64,000 nt of DNA. Origin: Gammaproteobacteria bacterium (GTDB lineage: Bacteria > Pseudomonadota > Gammaproteobacteria > Nitrosococcales > Methylophagaceae). The DNA lies in NCBI GenBank assembly GCA_034110895.1, contig JAWUYH010000025.1, positions 671-64,670 on the forward strand. Reading direction: 5' to 3'. This document shows positions 20,976 through 30,764 of this stretch, one piece after another. Under the pieces are notes generated by a model. The model ran no database searches. It had not been told where the DNA came from and saw only the letters and a program-made list of their open reading frames with translations. The translations under genes were made by a program, and so were the position numbers. Every line of letters begins with the position of its first letter. Positions within the stretch are counted from its first letter, which is position 1.

Positions 20976-21890
20976 ATGGCTATTAAGTTTGTCATTACCT
21001 TATTATTGTTATGTGCCGCTGAGTTATCAATGGCAGACGATATTGAAATTACATTATTAGGTACGGGGGGGCCTTCTCCTACTATTGAACGTTTTGGACC
21101 CTCTACTGTTATTGAAACTCAGGGTCAATACTTTGTATTTGATGCCGGTCGAGGCACCACTATACGCCTACAACAAGCAGGCATTCCATTAGATAAAATT
21201 GAACATGTTTTTTTAACTCACTTACATTCAGATCACATAACAGGTTTATCTGATCTATGGCTAAGCAGCTGGATTTGGCAACGTCAAAACAAAATGCAAC
21301 TGTTTGGTCCACCTGGAACTAAAGACTTTGCTGATCATTTGCAGCAGGCCTTTACTGAAAACATCAGCTTACGCACATTAAATTCAGGTTTAAATGAACA
21401 ATACAGTAAATTAATAGTGGAAGAATCAGCTGTAGATAATATTGTTGTTTATCAAAAGCATGATATAAAGATAACAGCTTTTCATGTCAATCATGGTGTC
21501 GTAAAGCATGCCTATGGCTACAAATTTGAGTCTCATGGTCGAAAAATAATAATTTCAGGCGATACGGCCTACTCAGAAAATTTAATTAAACATGCAAAAA
21601 ATGCAGATATTCTCATTCATGAGATTGCTGCAGCAAGTAAAGCCTTACTTGATAGCAATAAACGTTTAACAAAGATAATGGCTTATCATACCGATCCTGA
21701 CAGTTTAGCTTTAGTTCTCAATAAGACCCAAGCAAAACATACCATTCTCACCCATGTTTTGTTGTTTGGAATTTCACAAAAAGAAGTGTTAACACAACTA
21801 AAAAACGAGTTTAATCGGCCGCTTTATTTTGGCAAAGACTTACTTAAGATATCCATTGGTGAATCAATTGTTATTACTGCTGAAAATTAA
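20976..21890 (+). CDS. Secreted MBL-fold metallo-hydrolase
   Basis: Signal peptide MAIKFVITLLLLCAAELSMA. HLHSDHITG box. Immediately downstream of soxB. Confidence 0.7.
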   Translation: MAIKFVITLLLLCAAELSMADDIEITLLGTGGPSPTIERFGPSTVIETQGQYFVFDAGRGTTIRLQQAGIPLDKIEHVFLTHLHSDHITGLSDLWLSSWIWQRQNKMQLFGPPGTKDFADHLQQAFTENISLRTLNSGLNEQYSKLIVEESAVDNIVVYQKHDIKITAFHVNHGVVKHAYGYKFESHGRKIIISGDTAYSENLIKHAKNADILIHEIAAASKALLDSNKRLTKIMAYHTDPDSLALVLNKTQAKHTILTHVLLFGISQKEVLTQLKNEFNRPLYFGKDLLKISIGESIVITAEN

Positions 21891-21995
21891 ATATTTCATA
21901 AGCATAAATGGCATATAAAACACTAAGCTAATTGTTCATTACCAAATTAAAAGTCTCATTGTTAGTATTAATACTAGGCTTTATTTGTAGAACTT

Positions 21996-22048
21996 TACTG
22001 TATCCTGATTTACTGTATCGTAATATATAATAGTTCATAGATACAGTA
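21996..22048. promoter_or_regulatory. Three copies of TACTGTATC (two direct, one inverted) upstream of the methanethiol-oxidase homologue
   Basis: TACTGTATC at 21996..22004 and 22011..22019; reverse complement GATACAGTA at 22040..22048. About 150-200 bp upstream of ATG 22198. Confidence 0.3.
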
Positions 22049-22197
22049 TTTATCTAACGATGAATTAAATCAATTTCAAATAAATTCCAAGCATGTTAAA
22101 TAAGTACAATTTTTATAAAAATTAGAGAATATAAGTCTTACAATATAATGAGTACATTGAGTTGTAAGAACCATTGAAATAACAAAGGAGATGGTAA

Positions 22198-23577
22198 ATG
22201 AAAATTAAAAAATTTATAACACAACCACTAAAATTAATGCTGCCACTTTTAGCAGCAACAATGCTAGCTGGCCCAGCAACAGTAATTGCCGATGAGACCT
22301 GTATGTCTCCATATATGGCTAAAATTGTTGGACAAGAAGATTTTGTCTACGTTTGGACTCTAGGTGTCGAAGGTCTTGGCGATGGTCAAGATAAAATGGT
22401 CACAGTTTCGGTTAATCCAGATGCCAAGACTTACGGCCAAGTTGTTGCCTCTGAATCAGTAGGCGGACGAAATGAAGCACATCACTCAGGTTTTACAGAT
22501 GATCGTAAATTCTTGTGGGCTGGTGCATTAGATTCAAATAAAATTTTCATTTTTGATGTACACACCAATCCAGCTAAAGCAACATTGGTTAAAACAATCG
22601 ATGATTTTGTAAGCAAATCTGGTGGTGTTGTTGGACCTCATACTACATACGCTATGCCTGGTAGAATGATCGTATCTGGTCTTTCAAATAATAAAGATCA
22701 CGGCGGCCGAACTGCATTAGTTGAATACACTAATGGCGGTGAGTATATTGAAACATACTGGATGCCTACTGATGATAATCTTCAAGGCGCAGTTAAAGAA
22801 GGTCAATTTGCTGATGGTTATGGTTATGATTTAAGAGCATTACCTAGCCGTAATGTGATGTTCACATCATCATTTACTGGTTGGTCTAACTACATGATGG
22901 ACTTTGGACAAATGTTGGGTGATCCAGAAGCAATGAAACGCTTTGGTAACACAATGGTAGTTTGGGATCTTCATACTCGTAAAGCAAAACAAGTTTTAGA
23001 TGTACCTGGTGCACCACTAGAAATCAGATGTACATGGAAAGCTGAAAATAATTATTGCTTCACTACTACCGCTTTAACATCACAGATTGTATTGCTTGAA
23101 GAAGATGGGACTGAAGGTAAATGGAAAGCAACTAGTGTTTCAGACATTGGTAACCCTGCTGACATTCCATTACCTGTAGATATCTCAATTAGTAGTGATG
23201 ATTCATTATTATGGGTCAATACTTTCTTAGATGGTAAAACGCGCGGTTTTGATATTACAGATCCACATAACCCAACACAGGTTTATGAGAAACAAATTGG
23301 TAATCAAGTCAATATGGTTTCTTCAAGCTGGGATGGTAAACGTTTGTACTACACTACATCATTGTTAGGAAACTGGGATAAAAAAGCTGAAGATAATGAC
23401 CAATTCCTAAAACTTTACCATTGGGATGGTAAAGAAATGACAGAACAATTCAGCATCGATTTCATTGAAGCAAAACTAGGCCGAGCTCATCAAATGCGCT
23501 TTGGTGCTTATTCTCTTTACGGCAAAACAGCAAGTTTAGAGCAAGGTCAAGATACCGACCTAGCGCTTAACAGATAA
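22198..23577 (+). CDS. mtoX: Selenium-binding-protein (SBP56) family protein, methanethiol oxidase homologue
   Basis: Signal peptide. SBP56-like segments (NEAHHSGF, GPHTTYAMPG, HQMRFG). 459 aa. Followed by SCO1/MauG as in described mtoX loci. Confidence 0.8.
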   Translation: MKIKKFITQPLKLMLPLLAATMLAGPATVIADETCMSPYMAKIVGQEDFVYVWTLGVEGLGDGQDKMVTVSVNPDAKTYGQVVASESVGGRNEAHHSGFTDDRKFLWAGALDSNKIFIFDVHTNPAKATLVKTIDDFVSKSGGVVGPHTTYAMPGRMIVSGLSNNKDHGGRTALVEYTNGGEYIETYWMPTDDNLQGAVKEGQFADGYGYDLRALPSRNVMFTSSFTGWSNYMMDFGQMLGDPEAMKRFGNTMVVWDLHTRKAKQVLDVPGAPLEIRCTWKAENNYCFTTTALTSQIVLLEEDGTEGKWKATSVSDIGNPADIPLPVDISISSDDSLLWVNTFLDGKTRGFDITDPHNPTQVYEKQIGNQVNMVSSSWDGKRLYYTTSLLGNWDKKAEDNDQFLKLYHWDGKEMTEQFSIDFIEAKLGRAHQMRFGAYSLYGKTASLEQGQDTDLALNR

Positions 23578-23595
23578 CTAGAGAGTAAAATAGTA

Positions 23596-25581
23596 ATGAA
23601 ATATCCCGTTGTAATTACGAGTATTGTATTTTTTAGTTTGGCATTAAATAGCCTTGGCTATGCAGATGAACAAGCTGGTGATAAAAAATTACAAGTTGAA
23701 TTACTTGCACCGGGATATGGTGAATTAAATTTTGAAGTGCCTAAGGCTGGTAGTTATAAACTGCCAGCCCTTGGGTATGCAAAAGATGCAAAAGTTCTTA
23801 ATACAGATAATGAATACGTCACGTTTCATAATACCTTTGATAAAAAGTATACCGTCTTGAGTTTTATGTATACCCAATGTGACGATGTTAATGGGTGCCC
23901 ATTAACTAATGTGGTGTTTAATCGCATTAGAAGTGAAATGGAAAAAACACCTGAGTTAGCAAAAAAAATGCAACTAGTGAGCATGAGCTTTGACCCTAAA
24001 AATGATACCCCAGCTGTGCTTAAAAAAATTAGTATGGGCGGGATGGATCATAGCCAACATGAAGGTCATGATATGAGTAATATGGATCATGACATGTCAA
24101 GTGATAGTAATAATCAAGCCATGCAATGGCATTATTTAACCACTAATTCACAACAATCTCTAATGCCTATTTTGAATGACTATAATCAAGCGATTCAAAA
24201 TAAGACCGATGAAAATGGAGAGGAGCTAAGTACTTTTTCTCATATATTGCGGGTATATTTAGTTGATACTGAAAACAATTTACGAAATATTTATAGTACA
24301 GCTTTTCTACATCCAGATATCATTATCAATGATATCAAAACGCTGATCCTTGAAGATAAAATGTCATCTGTGGACACACTACAAGCTAAGACAATAGTAC
24401 GTATGGGGCCTGGGGATAGTAAAAAAGGTTACGATACTCTCAACTATAAAACGGATTCATTAGCCTTAACAGAACGTAAAGGTCAACAAACAGATTTAAA
24501 AAAACTAATAATATCTCCACCATTAGGATTACCTAAAGTCCCAGTGCCAGCGGATAACCCCGTTACAGAATCAAAAATACAATTAGGTAAAAAGCTATTT
24601 TATGATAGACGATTATCGCTTAATAACACTGTATCATGTGCCATGTGTCACATTGCAGAGCAAGGTTTCACCAATAATGAGTTACAAAAATCGATAGGCT
24701 TTGAAGGTCGTTCTGTTAAACGTAATGCACCCACTATGTATAACGTTGCCTATTATGAACAACTGTTTCATGATGGACGTGAATCAACATTAGAAAACCA
24801 AGTATGGCAACCATTGCTTGCTCATAATGAGATGGCCTTACCAAGTATTGGTCAAGTGATTGCAAAAATAAAAAGCCTTGAAGACTATAATGCAATGTTC
24901 GAGCAAGCCTTCGATGGTCAACAAGCTGATGTAAAAACGATAGGTGAATCAATCGCAAGTTATGAACGCACATTAGTATCTGCTAATTCACCATTTGATA
25001 AGTGGTATTTTGGGAAAGAAACTGACGCAATATCAGAATCAGCTCAACGTGGTTTTAAATTATTCGGTGGAAAAGGACAATGTATAGCCTGCCACACCAT
25101 TAAAGAAGACCATGCTCTGTTTACTGATAATCAACTCCATAATACAGGATTAGGCTGGAATGTTGCTATGAGAAAAGAACCTGAAAAAGAGCGGATGTTA
25201 ATAGCTCCAGGTATCTATATGGATATAAAAAAATCGACTAAAGATGAAGTAGGTCATAAAGCATTGGCTGATCTAGGACGGTACGAAATAACTCAAAACC
25301 CAGACGATAGATGGCGTTATCGGACGCCAATATTAAGGAATGTAGCATTAACAGCGCCTTATATGCATGATGGTTCGATTGCCAGCTTAGAGGCTGTGGT
25401 AGAATTTTATAATCAAGGTGGTTTTAAAAATAAAAACCAATCGCCACTTATCAATAAGCTCAATCTAACGACTGACGAAGTACAAGATATAGTGTCATTT
25501 CTTAAAACATTAACCGGTGATAATGTCAGTGAACTAGTCTCGGATGCCTATACTGCACCAGTAGGTGATACCCGTCATTAG
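23596..25581 (+). CDS. Fusion protein: SCO1/SenC-like copper chaperone domain + di-haem cytochrome c peroxidase/MauG-like domain
   Basis: N-terminal half has YTQCDDVNGCP and a Met/His-rich stretch. C-terminal half has CAMCH and CIACH plus RTPILRNVALTAPYMHDGS, the CCP/MauG hallmark. Confidence 0.75.
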   Translation: MKYPVVITSIVFFSLALNSLGYADEQAGDKKLQVELLAPGYGELNFEVPKAGSYKLPALGYAKDAKVLNTDNEYVTFHNTFDKKYTVLSFMYTQCDDVNGCPLTNVVFNRIRSEMEKTPELAKKMQLVSMSFDPKNDTPAVLKKISMGGMDHSQHEGHDMSNMDHDMSSDSNNQAMQWHYLTTNSQQSLMPILNDYNQAIQNKTDENGEELSTFSHILRVYLVDTENNLRNIYSTAFLHPDIIINDIKTLILEDKMSSVDTLQAKTIVRMGPGDSKKGYDTLNYKTDSLALTERKGQQTDLKKLIISPPLGLPKVPVPADNPVTESKIQLGKKLFYDRRLSLNNTVSCAMCHIAEQGFTNNELQKSIGFEGRSVKRNAPTMYNVAYYEQLFHDGRESTLENQVWQPLLAHNEMALPSIGQVIAKIKSLEDYNAMFEQAFDGQQADVKTIGESIASYERTLVSANSPFDKWYFGKETDAISESAQRGFKLFGGKGQCIACHTIKEDHALFTDNQLHNTGLGWNVAMRKEPEKERMLIAPGIYMDIKKSTKDEVGHKALADLGRYEITQNPDDRWRYRTPILRNVALTAPYMHDGSIASLEAVVEFYNQGGFKNKNQSPLINKLNLTTDEVQDIVSFLKTLTGDNVSELVSDAYTAPVGDTRH

Positions 25582-25630
25582 AATTTGATAGCTTAAACAC
25601 TAAATGTATCAGAACTATAAAAGGAAAAGA

Positions 25631-26125
25631 ATGCGTCTATTTTTATATATCAGTCTTACTCTATTTTCATTAGCCACTTTTGCTGCGGATAATATAATGG
25701 GTAAAATTGAAAATCCTGAAAATGCTGCCAGTTTCAGCTTAGCGGATCTGCAAGGAAATGAAATATCATTAACAGACTATATAGGTAAATATGTTTTAAT
25801 TAACTTTTGGGCTCAATGGTGTGGTCCATGTGTAAAAGAAATGCCGGATATGGAAGCGATGTATAAGGATCTAGAAGGGCAAGATTTTGAAATAATAGCT
25901 ATTCATGCTGGCCCGGTTGATCAAAATGTAAATAAGTTTCTAGCCGATAAAAATATAACCTTTAAAGTGTTAGTGGATGAAAAAACAGATGTTCAGGGCT
26001 GGAAAGTACCGGTTTTACCGATGAGCTACCTAGTATCACCAGATGGAATCCTGACACATAAAGCACATGGTGCTATTGAATGGAATGCTGCAGCCATGCT
26101 TCAGTTAATGGAAGATGATAGCTAA
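25631..26125 (+). CDS. Periplasmic TlpA/ResA-like thiol:disulfide oxidoreductase
   Basis: Signal peptide MRLFLYISLTLFSLATFA. Thioredoxin motif WAQWCGPC. RBS aaggaaaag precedes ATG 25631. Confidence 0.75.
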   Translation: MRLFLYISLTLFSLATFAADNIMGKIENPENAASFSLADLQGNEISLTDYIGKYVLINFWAQWCGPCVKEMPDMEAMYKDLEGQDFEIIAIHAGPVDQNVNKFLADKNITFKVLVDEKTDVQGWKVPVLPMSYLVSPDGILTHKAHGAIEWNAAAMLQLMEDDS

Positions 26126-26455
26126 CATAGCTTTAAAGCGCAGTGATAGATAACAGAATCAGATATCGCACTAGGTTTAATACTATTTAATTATTAATAA
26201 AATACCTATTACAACGCCAAAGTTTAATAAATTATAGAGTATCTGGTCGTTATATTAGGGTGACTGAAATACTCTCAAGACTTACACTAGTCTGATTTAA
26301 TTGAGTGTGTAATTGATTGTTCTTAAATTTAGTGAAGGCACTAGGTATAAATACTAGTTAGTAATTGGATAGATATAGCCTATCGTTACTCTATGATACA
26401 AACAGCCACTATAATATTTAAAATTATTATTACCCAATGAAGCGAGTCCCTCAAT

Positions 26456-27505
26456 ATGTCTAACAATAGTTTCTACACAGCTGCTCAACATGGTGATTTT
26501 GAAATTTTTGAACTTGAAAATTTTGTACTGGAAGGGGGAGAAACCCTTCGTGGAGCCACTTTAGCCTACACCTGTTATGGCAAACTTAATGCCAAAGGTG
26601 ATAATGCAATTCTGTTTCCAGTCATGTTTTCTGGCACACATGCTGCCATGGCCCCATACGTTGGTGAAGGTTTAGCACTGGATCCGAGCGAATATTTTAT
26701 AGTTATACCCAATCAATTAGGCGGCGGTCTATCAACTTCGCCTCATAATACAAGTGGGCCTTATCAAGCAGGATATTTCCCAGATTTAGCCATTGCTGAT
26801 GATGTAAGAGCTCAACATCAGTTATTAACTCATCTTGGTGTTAAACACCTACAACTAGTCACTGGTTGGTCTATGGGGGCACAACAAACCTATGAATGGG
26901 CTGTTCGTTATCCGGAGATGGTTGAGCGTGCAGCACCTATAGCAGGAACTGCAAAAACAACACCGCATTGTTCACTCTACGTTGACGTGTTTAGTGAAGC
27001 ATTAACTTCGGATCCAGCATGGCAGAATGGTGCTTACAATGAATCGGCAGATGTAGGGCAAGGTTTACGTCGTATGGCTCAAGTTTTTGCAATGATGGGC
27101 GTTTGTCAAAACTTTTATAACGACAAGCTATGGGCAAACTATGGTTTTTCTTCTCAACAAGACATGCTTAAAGGTCTTTGGGAAAATTGGTTTTTGCCTA
27201 TGGATCCTAATAACTTGCTTAGCATGGCAAAAAAATGGAATGCAGGTGATGTCAGCTTACATACGAATGGTGATTTATCGGCAGCCTTAGCTACTATTAC
27301 GGCTAAAGTTTTTGTTATTTCTTTTGAGCAAGACATGTTTGTATCGGCAGCAGATTGTAAAAAAGAACAACAAATGATTGCTGGTAGTGAGTTAGTCTCA
27401 ATTCCATCAGCATGGGGTCACTTCACTATGCTGGGTATTTCTCCTGAAGACTTCCAAGCAATAAATGGCAGTCTGAAAAGATTACTCGCCATCTCAAATG
27501 ACTAG
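26456..27505 (+). CDS. Homoserine O-acetyltransferase (MetX)-like alpha/beta hydrolase family protein
   Basis: MetX-like N-terminus (FELENFVLEGGETLRGATLAY), nucleophile elbow GWSMGA, C-terminal AWGHF. Substrate not inferable. Confidence 0.65.
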   Translation: MSNNSFYTAAQHGDFEIFELENFVLEGGETLRGATLAYTCYGKLNAKGDNAILFPVMFSGTHAAMAPYVGEGLALDPSEYFIVIPNQLGGGLSTSPHNTSGPYQAGYFPDLAIADDVRAQHQLLTHLGVKHLQLVTGWSMGAQQTYEWAVRYPEMVERAAPIAGTAKTTPHCSLYVDVFSEALTSDPAWQNGAYNESADVGQGLRRMAQVFAMMGVCQNFYNDKLWANYGFSSQQDMLKGLWENWFLPMDPNNLLSMAKKWNAGDVSLHTNGDLSAALATITAKVFVISFEQDMFVSAADCKKEQQMIAGSELVSIPSAWGHFTMLGISPEDFQAINGSLKRLLAISND

Positions 27506-27643
27506 TTCATAATCATCGATAATATAGTTAGAAACAGACAGTCCATTTTAAATATTTAAATAAATAATGTTTTTAGTTGTGATAAACACGATATCGAACA
27601 ACTCATACAATTGTGTAAGAGTATATTGAAGGACAAGGATAAT

Positions 27644-28807
27644 ATGTACTCGGAAACCTCTAAAGTACTAGAAACAGTCGAAGAGATTAGTCGAACTATA
27701 ATTGCAAAAAATGCAATTAATACCGATAAATATGCTCAATGGCCAGAAGCGGGTATTCGTGCATTATTAGCCGCTGGTTTGGGTGGTTTAACTGTGCCAT
27801 TAGAATATGGTGGTTTAGGTCATGGCACCGAAACCTTAGCTAAGATCTGTGAGATTATTGGCCAATATTGTCCTAGTACCTCCATCTGTTATGGTATGCA
27901 CTGTGTCGGCAGTGCTGTTATTGCTTCAAAAGTAACAAAGTACCAGCAGGAGCATTATTTAACCCCAATATGCGAAGGTAGGCATATTACTTCATTATCG
28001 CTTAGCGAATCTGCTTCTGGCTCGCACTTTTATTTACCAGAAACAAAAATGAATAAAGACAGTGACGGCAATTATGTTATTAATGGCTCAAAGTCTTTTG
28101 CCACTAATGGGGGACGCGCGGATTCCTACGTTGTGTCTGTTGTTACAGAAGAAACTAATCAGCCTCTTGGCCGATTTAATTGCATTATGATACAAGGTGA
28201 TAGCGCAGGCGTTGAATGGGGCCCAGAATGGACAGGCTTAGGTATGCGAGGTAATAGTTCACGAAATTTATTATTAGATAATGTGGTTATCTCAAGCGAA
28301 GATATTCTGGGAAATGTTGGTGATCATATCTGGTATATTTTTAATGTTATTACGCCTTATTTTTTAACCGCAATTACAGGTGCCTATCTAGGTTTAGCAC
28401 GTGCTGCTCTTGAAGAAATAAAATCCCATTTGATACAACGAGAATATTCATTTACAGAGAATAATTTAGCATCTTCATCGGTAATTCAGCACCAGATGGG
28501 TGTATTGTGGGCCAAATATGCTAGAACGCGGGCATTAATATATTATTCAACTCAATGTTATGATAAAGGCTTGGACAGCGCTCAAATAGATTTATTTTCA
28601 TCTAAAGCAGAAGTAGCTGAAATAGTCATTGATATTGTCAATGATGGCATGACGCTTTGTGGCGGCAGTGCATATCGTGAAAACTCCAGCTTAAACAGGA
28701 TGTTACGTGATGCAAGAGCGGCCCATATTATGTCGCCTACAACAGATATGTTAAGAATATGGATCGGAAGATCAATTCTAGAACAGCCACTTCTTACAGA
28801 AATTTAA
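27644..28807 (+). CDS. Acyl-CoA dehydrogenase-fold flavoprotein lacking the canonical catalytic Glu
   Basis: ACAD-like three-domain layout (SLSESASGSH, FATNGG, MTLCGGSAY). The C-terminal segment reads ARAAHIMSPTTDML where ACADs have ...IYEGT... Start ATG 27644 follows aagga. Confidence 0.7.
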   Translation: MYSETSKVLETVEEISRTIIAKNAINTDKYAQWPEAGIRALLAAGLGGLTVPLEYGGLGHGTETLAKICEIIGQYCPSTSICYGMHCVGSAVIASKVTKYQQEHYLTPICEGRHITSLSLSESASGSHFYLPETKMNKDSDGNYVINGSKSFATNGGRADSYVVSVVTEETNQPLGRFNCIMIQGDSAGVEWGPEWTGLGMRGNSSRNLLLDNVVISSEDILGNVGDHIWYIFNVITPYFLTAITGAYLGLARAALEEIKSHLIQREYSFTENNLASSSVIQHQMGVLWAKYARTRALIYYSTQCYDKGLDSAQIDLFSSKAEVAEIVIDIVNDGMTLCGGSAYRENSSLNRMLRDARAAHIMSPTTDMLRIWIGRSILEQPLLTEI

Positions 28808-28808
28808 G

Positions 28809-30764
28809 ATGAGTTGCAGAATTTCACTCTATTCATCAGATGATGAATCGTTATTAAATTATTTAAATGAGCATTTAAGTGCAGGTGTGTTTTTAGAATA
28901 TATCGATATTATTGATGATTTGTATAACCGAATAGACAGAGCTTATGGTAGCCCAGATATACTCGTTTTAGGTTTAAACGTTCACGATCCGATAAGATTA
29001 GCAGAACGTACACACATTATTGCCAAAACCAGTAAAATAGTTATTTTGTGTGAATCACAACAACAAGCGAAACTAAAACAGTCAATACGGTTCTCTCCAT
29101 TTTTAAGTTCTGGTGTGTCAACTTATATTTATACGGGTGAAGAGAATCTTTTAAATCTCATTCAGGAAAAAGTAAACGGAATAGAAAAACAGCGCAGTTA
29201 TGTATCCACGATAGCTGAAGTTGAAAAAGATCGCGTAGCATTAAGATCTAACCAACCACTGGTTGCTAACTACTTAGATAAGTTATTAGATAAGCTACCC
29301 ATTGGGATCTTGAATGTAGATTCACAAGGAAAGATTTTAAACCTAAATCCTAGAGCACGAAGGTTGCTGAAACATAGCGACCGAACCTTGGTCGGTACTT
29401 ATCTATTTAATCTTTTTCCACGAAATAATTTAAATGAAATTAGAGCGCTTATTGAAGAAGTAGTTGAGGCTAATAGTCTGACTTATAAGGGCTCTATGGT
29501 ATGTAATTTCAATGGTTTAACCGGAAGCCAGTATTTTGAGATGACGATCTCAATACTAACTCAGACTGCCGTTGAGCCCATATTGAATGTGATTTTGCAA
29601 GAAGTCACACTTAAAGTAGAAGAAGAATCCAAGCGCCTTGTAATAGAAAATGCACTTCATCAGAGTGAGCAACAGTTAAAGCTGGTTATAAATGCAATAC
29701 CTGAGCTTATTGCTTATGTCGATCGCGATTTAAAGTTTCAATTTAATAATAAAGCTTACGAAAAATGGTTTGGACTGACACGTCAGGATATTATTGGTAA
29801 GGATATCTGGGATGTGATTGGTAATCAGTCCTATAAAATTGTTGAACACTATGTAAAGCGAGCAATTTCAGGAGAAACAGTTACTTTTGAAGAAAAGCTC
29901 CATTACCCAAGGCAAGACGAAAAATGGATCCGTAGTACTTATGTACCTAATTTCTCTGACAGTGGTGATGTGACTGGTTTTGTAGTTTTAACGGCAGACA
30001 TTAGCCAGTTAAAACTAGATGAGGAAATTGAAAAAAAACATATGCTTGAATTAGCACACACCTCTCGAATGATCACTATAGGTGAAATGAGTTCGCAATT
30101 AGCTCATGAGTTGTCTCAACCTCTGACATCAATTGAAGCCTATAGCCGAGCTTGTATTACCTTAATAGAAAAAGATAAAACAACCAAAGAAGAAATTTTA
30201 AAAGCATTAAGAAGTGTCTCTACTCAAGCGATCCGTGCACAAGAAATAATGCATGAGTTACGAAACTTTGTAAAAAAAGATGATACAAGGAAAAATATTT
30301 GTATAAATTCGCTGATTAAATCATCACTTAAGTTGTTACGATTAGAGTTTCAAGAACATGATCCTGATATCGAACTTAAACTAATAAATGATCTACCCTC
30401 TGTATTTGCAGATAGAATACTTATAGAACAAATATTGATCAACTTAATCAAAAATGCCATGGAAGCTATGCGTTCAATAGCTGCTTCCGAGCGACGTCTT
30501 CAAATTGAGTCCTGTATTAGTTCAGACAATGAAGTAGCTGTTTCTGTTGTAGATAGTGGCCCTGGATTAAGTGAATATGAAATAAATAAAATTTTTGAAC
30601 CATTTTATACTACTAAACCAGAAGGAATGGGAATGGGGCTAGCTATTACTCGCTCGATTATTAACTCGCATGGAGGCAGTTTATTGGTTAAACTAAATTC
30701 GCATGGTGGTACAACATTTAAGTTTACTCTGCCGATGAATGATATAGAATTTGTAGGAGGATGA
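28809..30764 (+). CDS. Soluble sensor histidine kinase (degenerate receiver-like N-terminus, PAS domains, HisKA/HATPase)
   Basis: No TM segments. H-box SQLAHELSQPLTSI. N and G boxes LIKNAMEAM, DSGPGL, GMGMGLAITRSII. PAS-like repeats between ~aa 150-400. Confidence 0.8.
   Translation: MSCRISLYSSDDESLLNYLNEHLSAGVFLEYIDIIDDLYNRIDRAYGSPDILVLGLNVHDPIRLAERTHIIAKTSKIVILCESQQQAKLKQSIRFSPFLSSGVSTYIYTGEENLLNLIQEKVNGIEKQRSYVSTIAEVEKDRVALRSNQPLVANYLDKLLDKLPIGILNVDSQGKILNLNPRARRLLKHSDRTLVGTYLFNLFPRNNLNEIRALIEEVVEANSLTYKGSMVCNFNGLTGSQYFEMTISILTQTAVEPILNVILQEVTLKVEEESKRLVIENALHQSEQQLKLVINAIPELIAYVDRDLKFQFNNKAYEKWFGLTRQDIIGKDIWDVIGNQSYKIVEHYVKRAISGETVTFEEKLHYPRQDEKWIRSTYVPNFSDSGDVTGFVVLTADISQLKLDEEIEKKHMLELAHTSRMITIGEMSSQLAHELSQPLTSIEAYSRACITLIEKDKTTKEEILKALRSVSTQAIRAQEIMHELRNFVKKDDTRKNICINSLIKSSLKLLRLEFQEHDPDIELKLINDLPSVFADRILIEQILINLIKNAMEAMRSIAASERRLQIESCISSDNEVAVSVVDSGPGLSEYEINKIFEPFYTTKPEGMGMGLAITRSIINSHGGSLLVKLNSHGGTTFKFTLPMNDIEFVGG

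Noticed and set aside
21996-22048. TACTGTAT-containing repeats considered as a LexA SOS box
   Set aside because: The spacing does not fit CTGT-N8-ACAG, and no SOS gene is adjacent. Kept only as a generic operator candidate.
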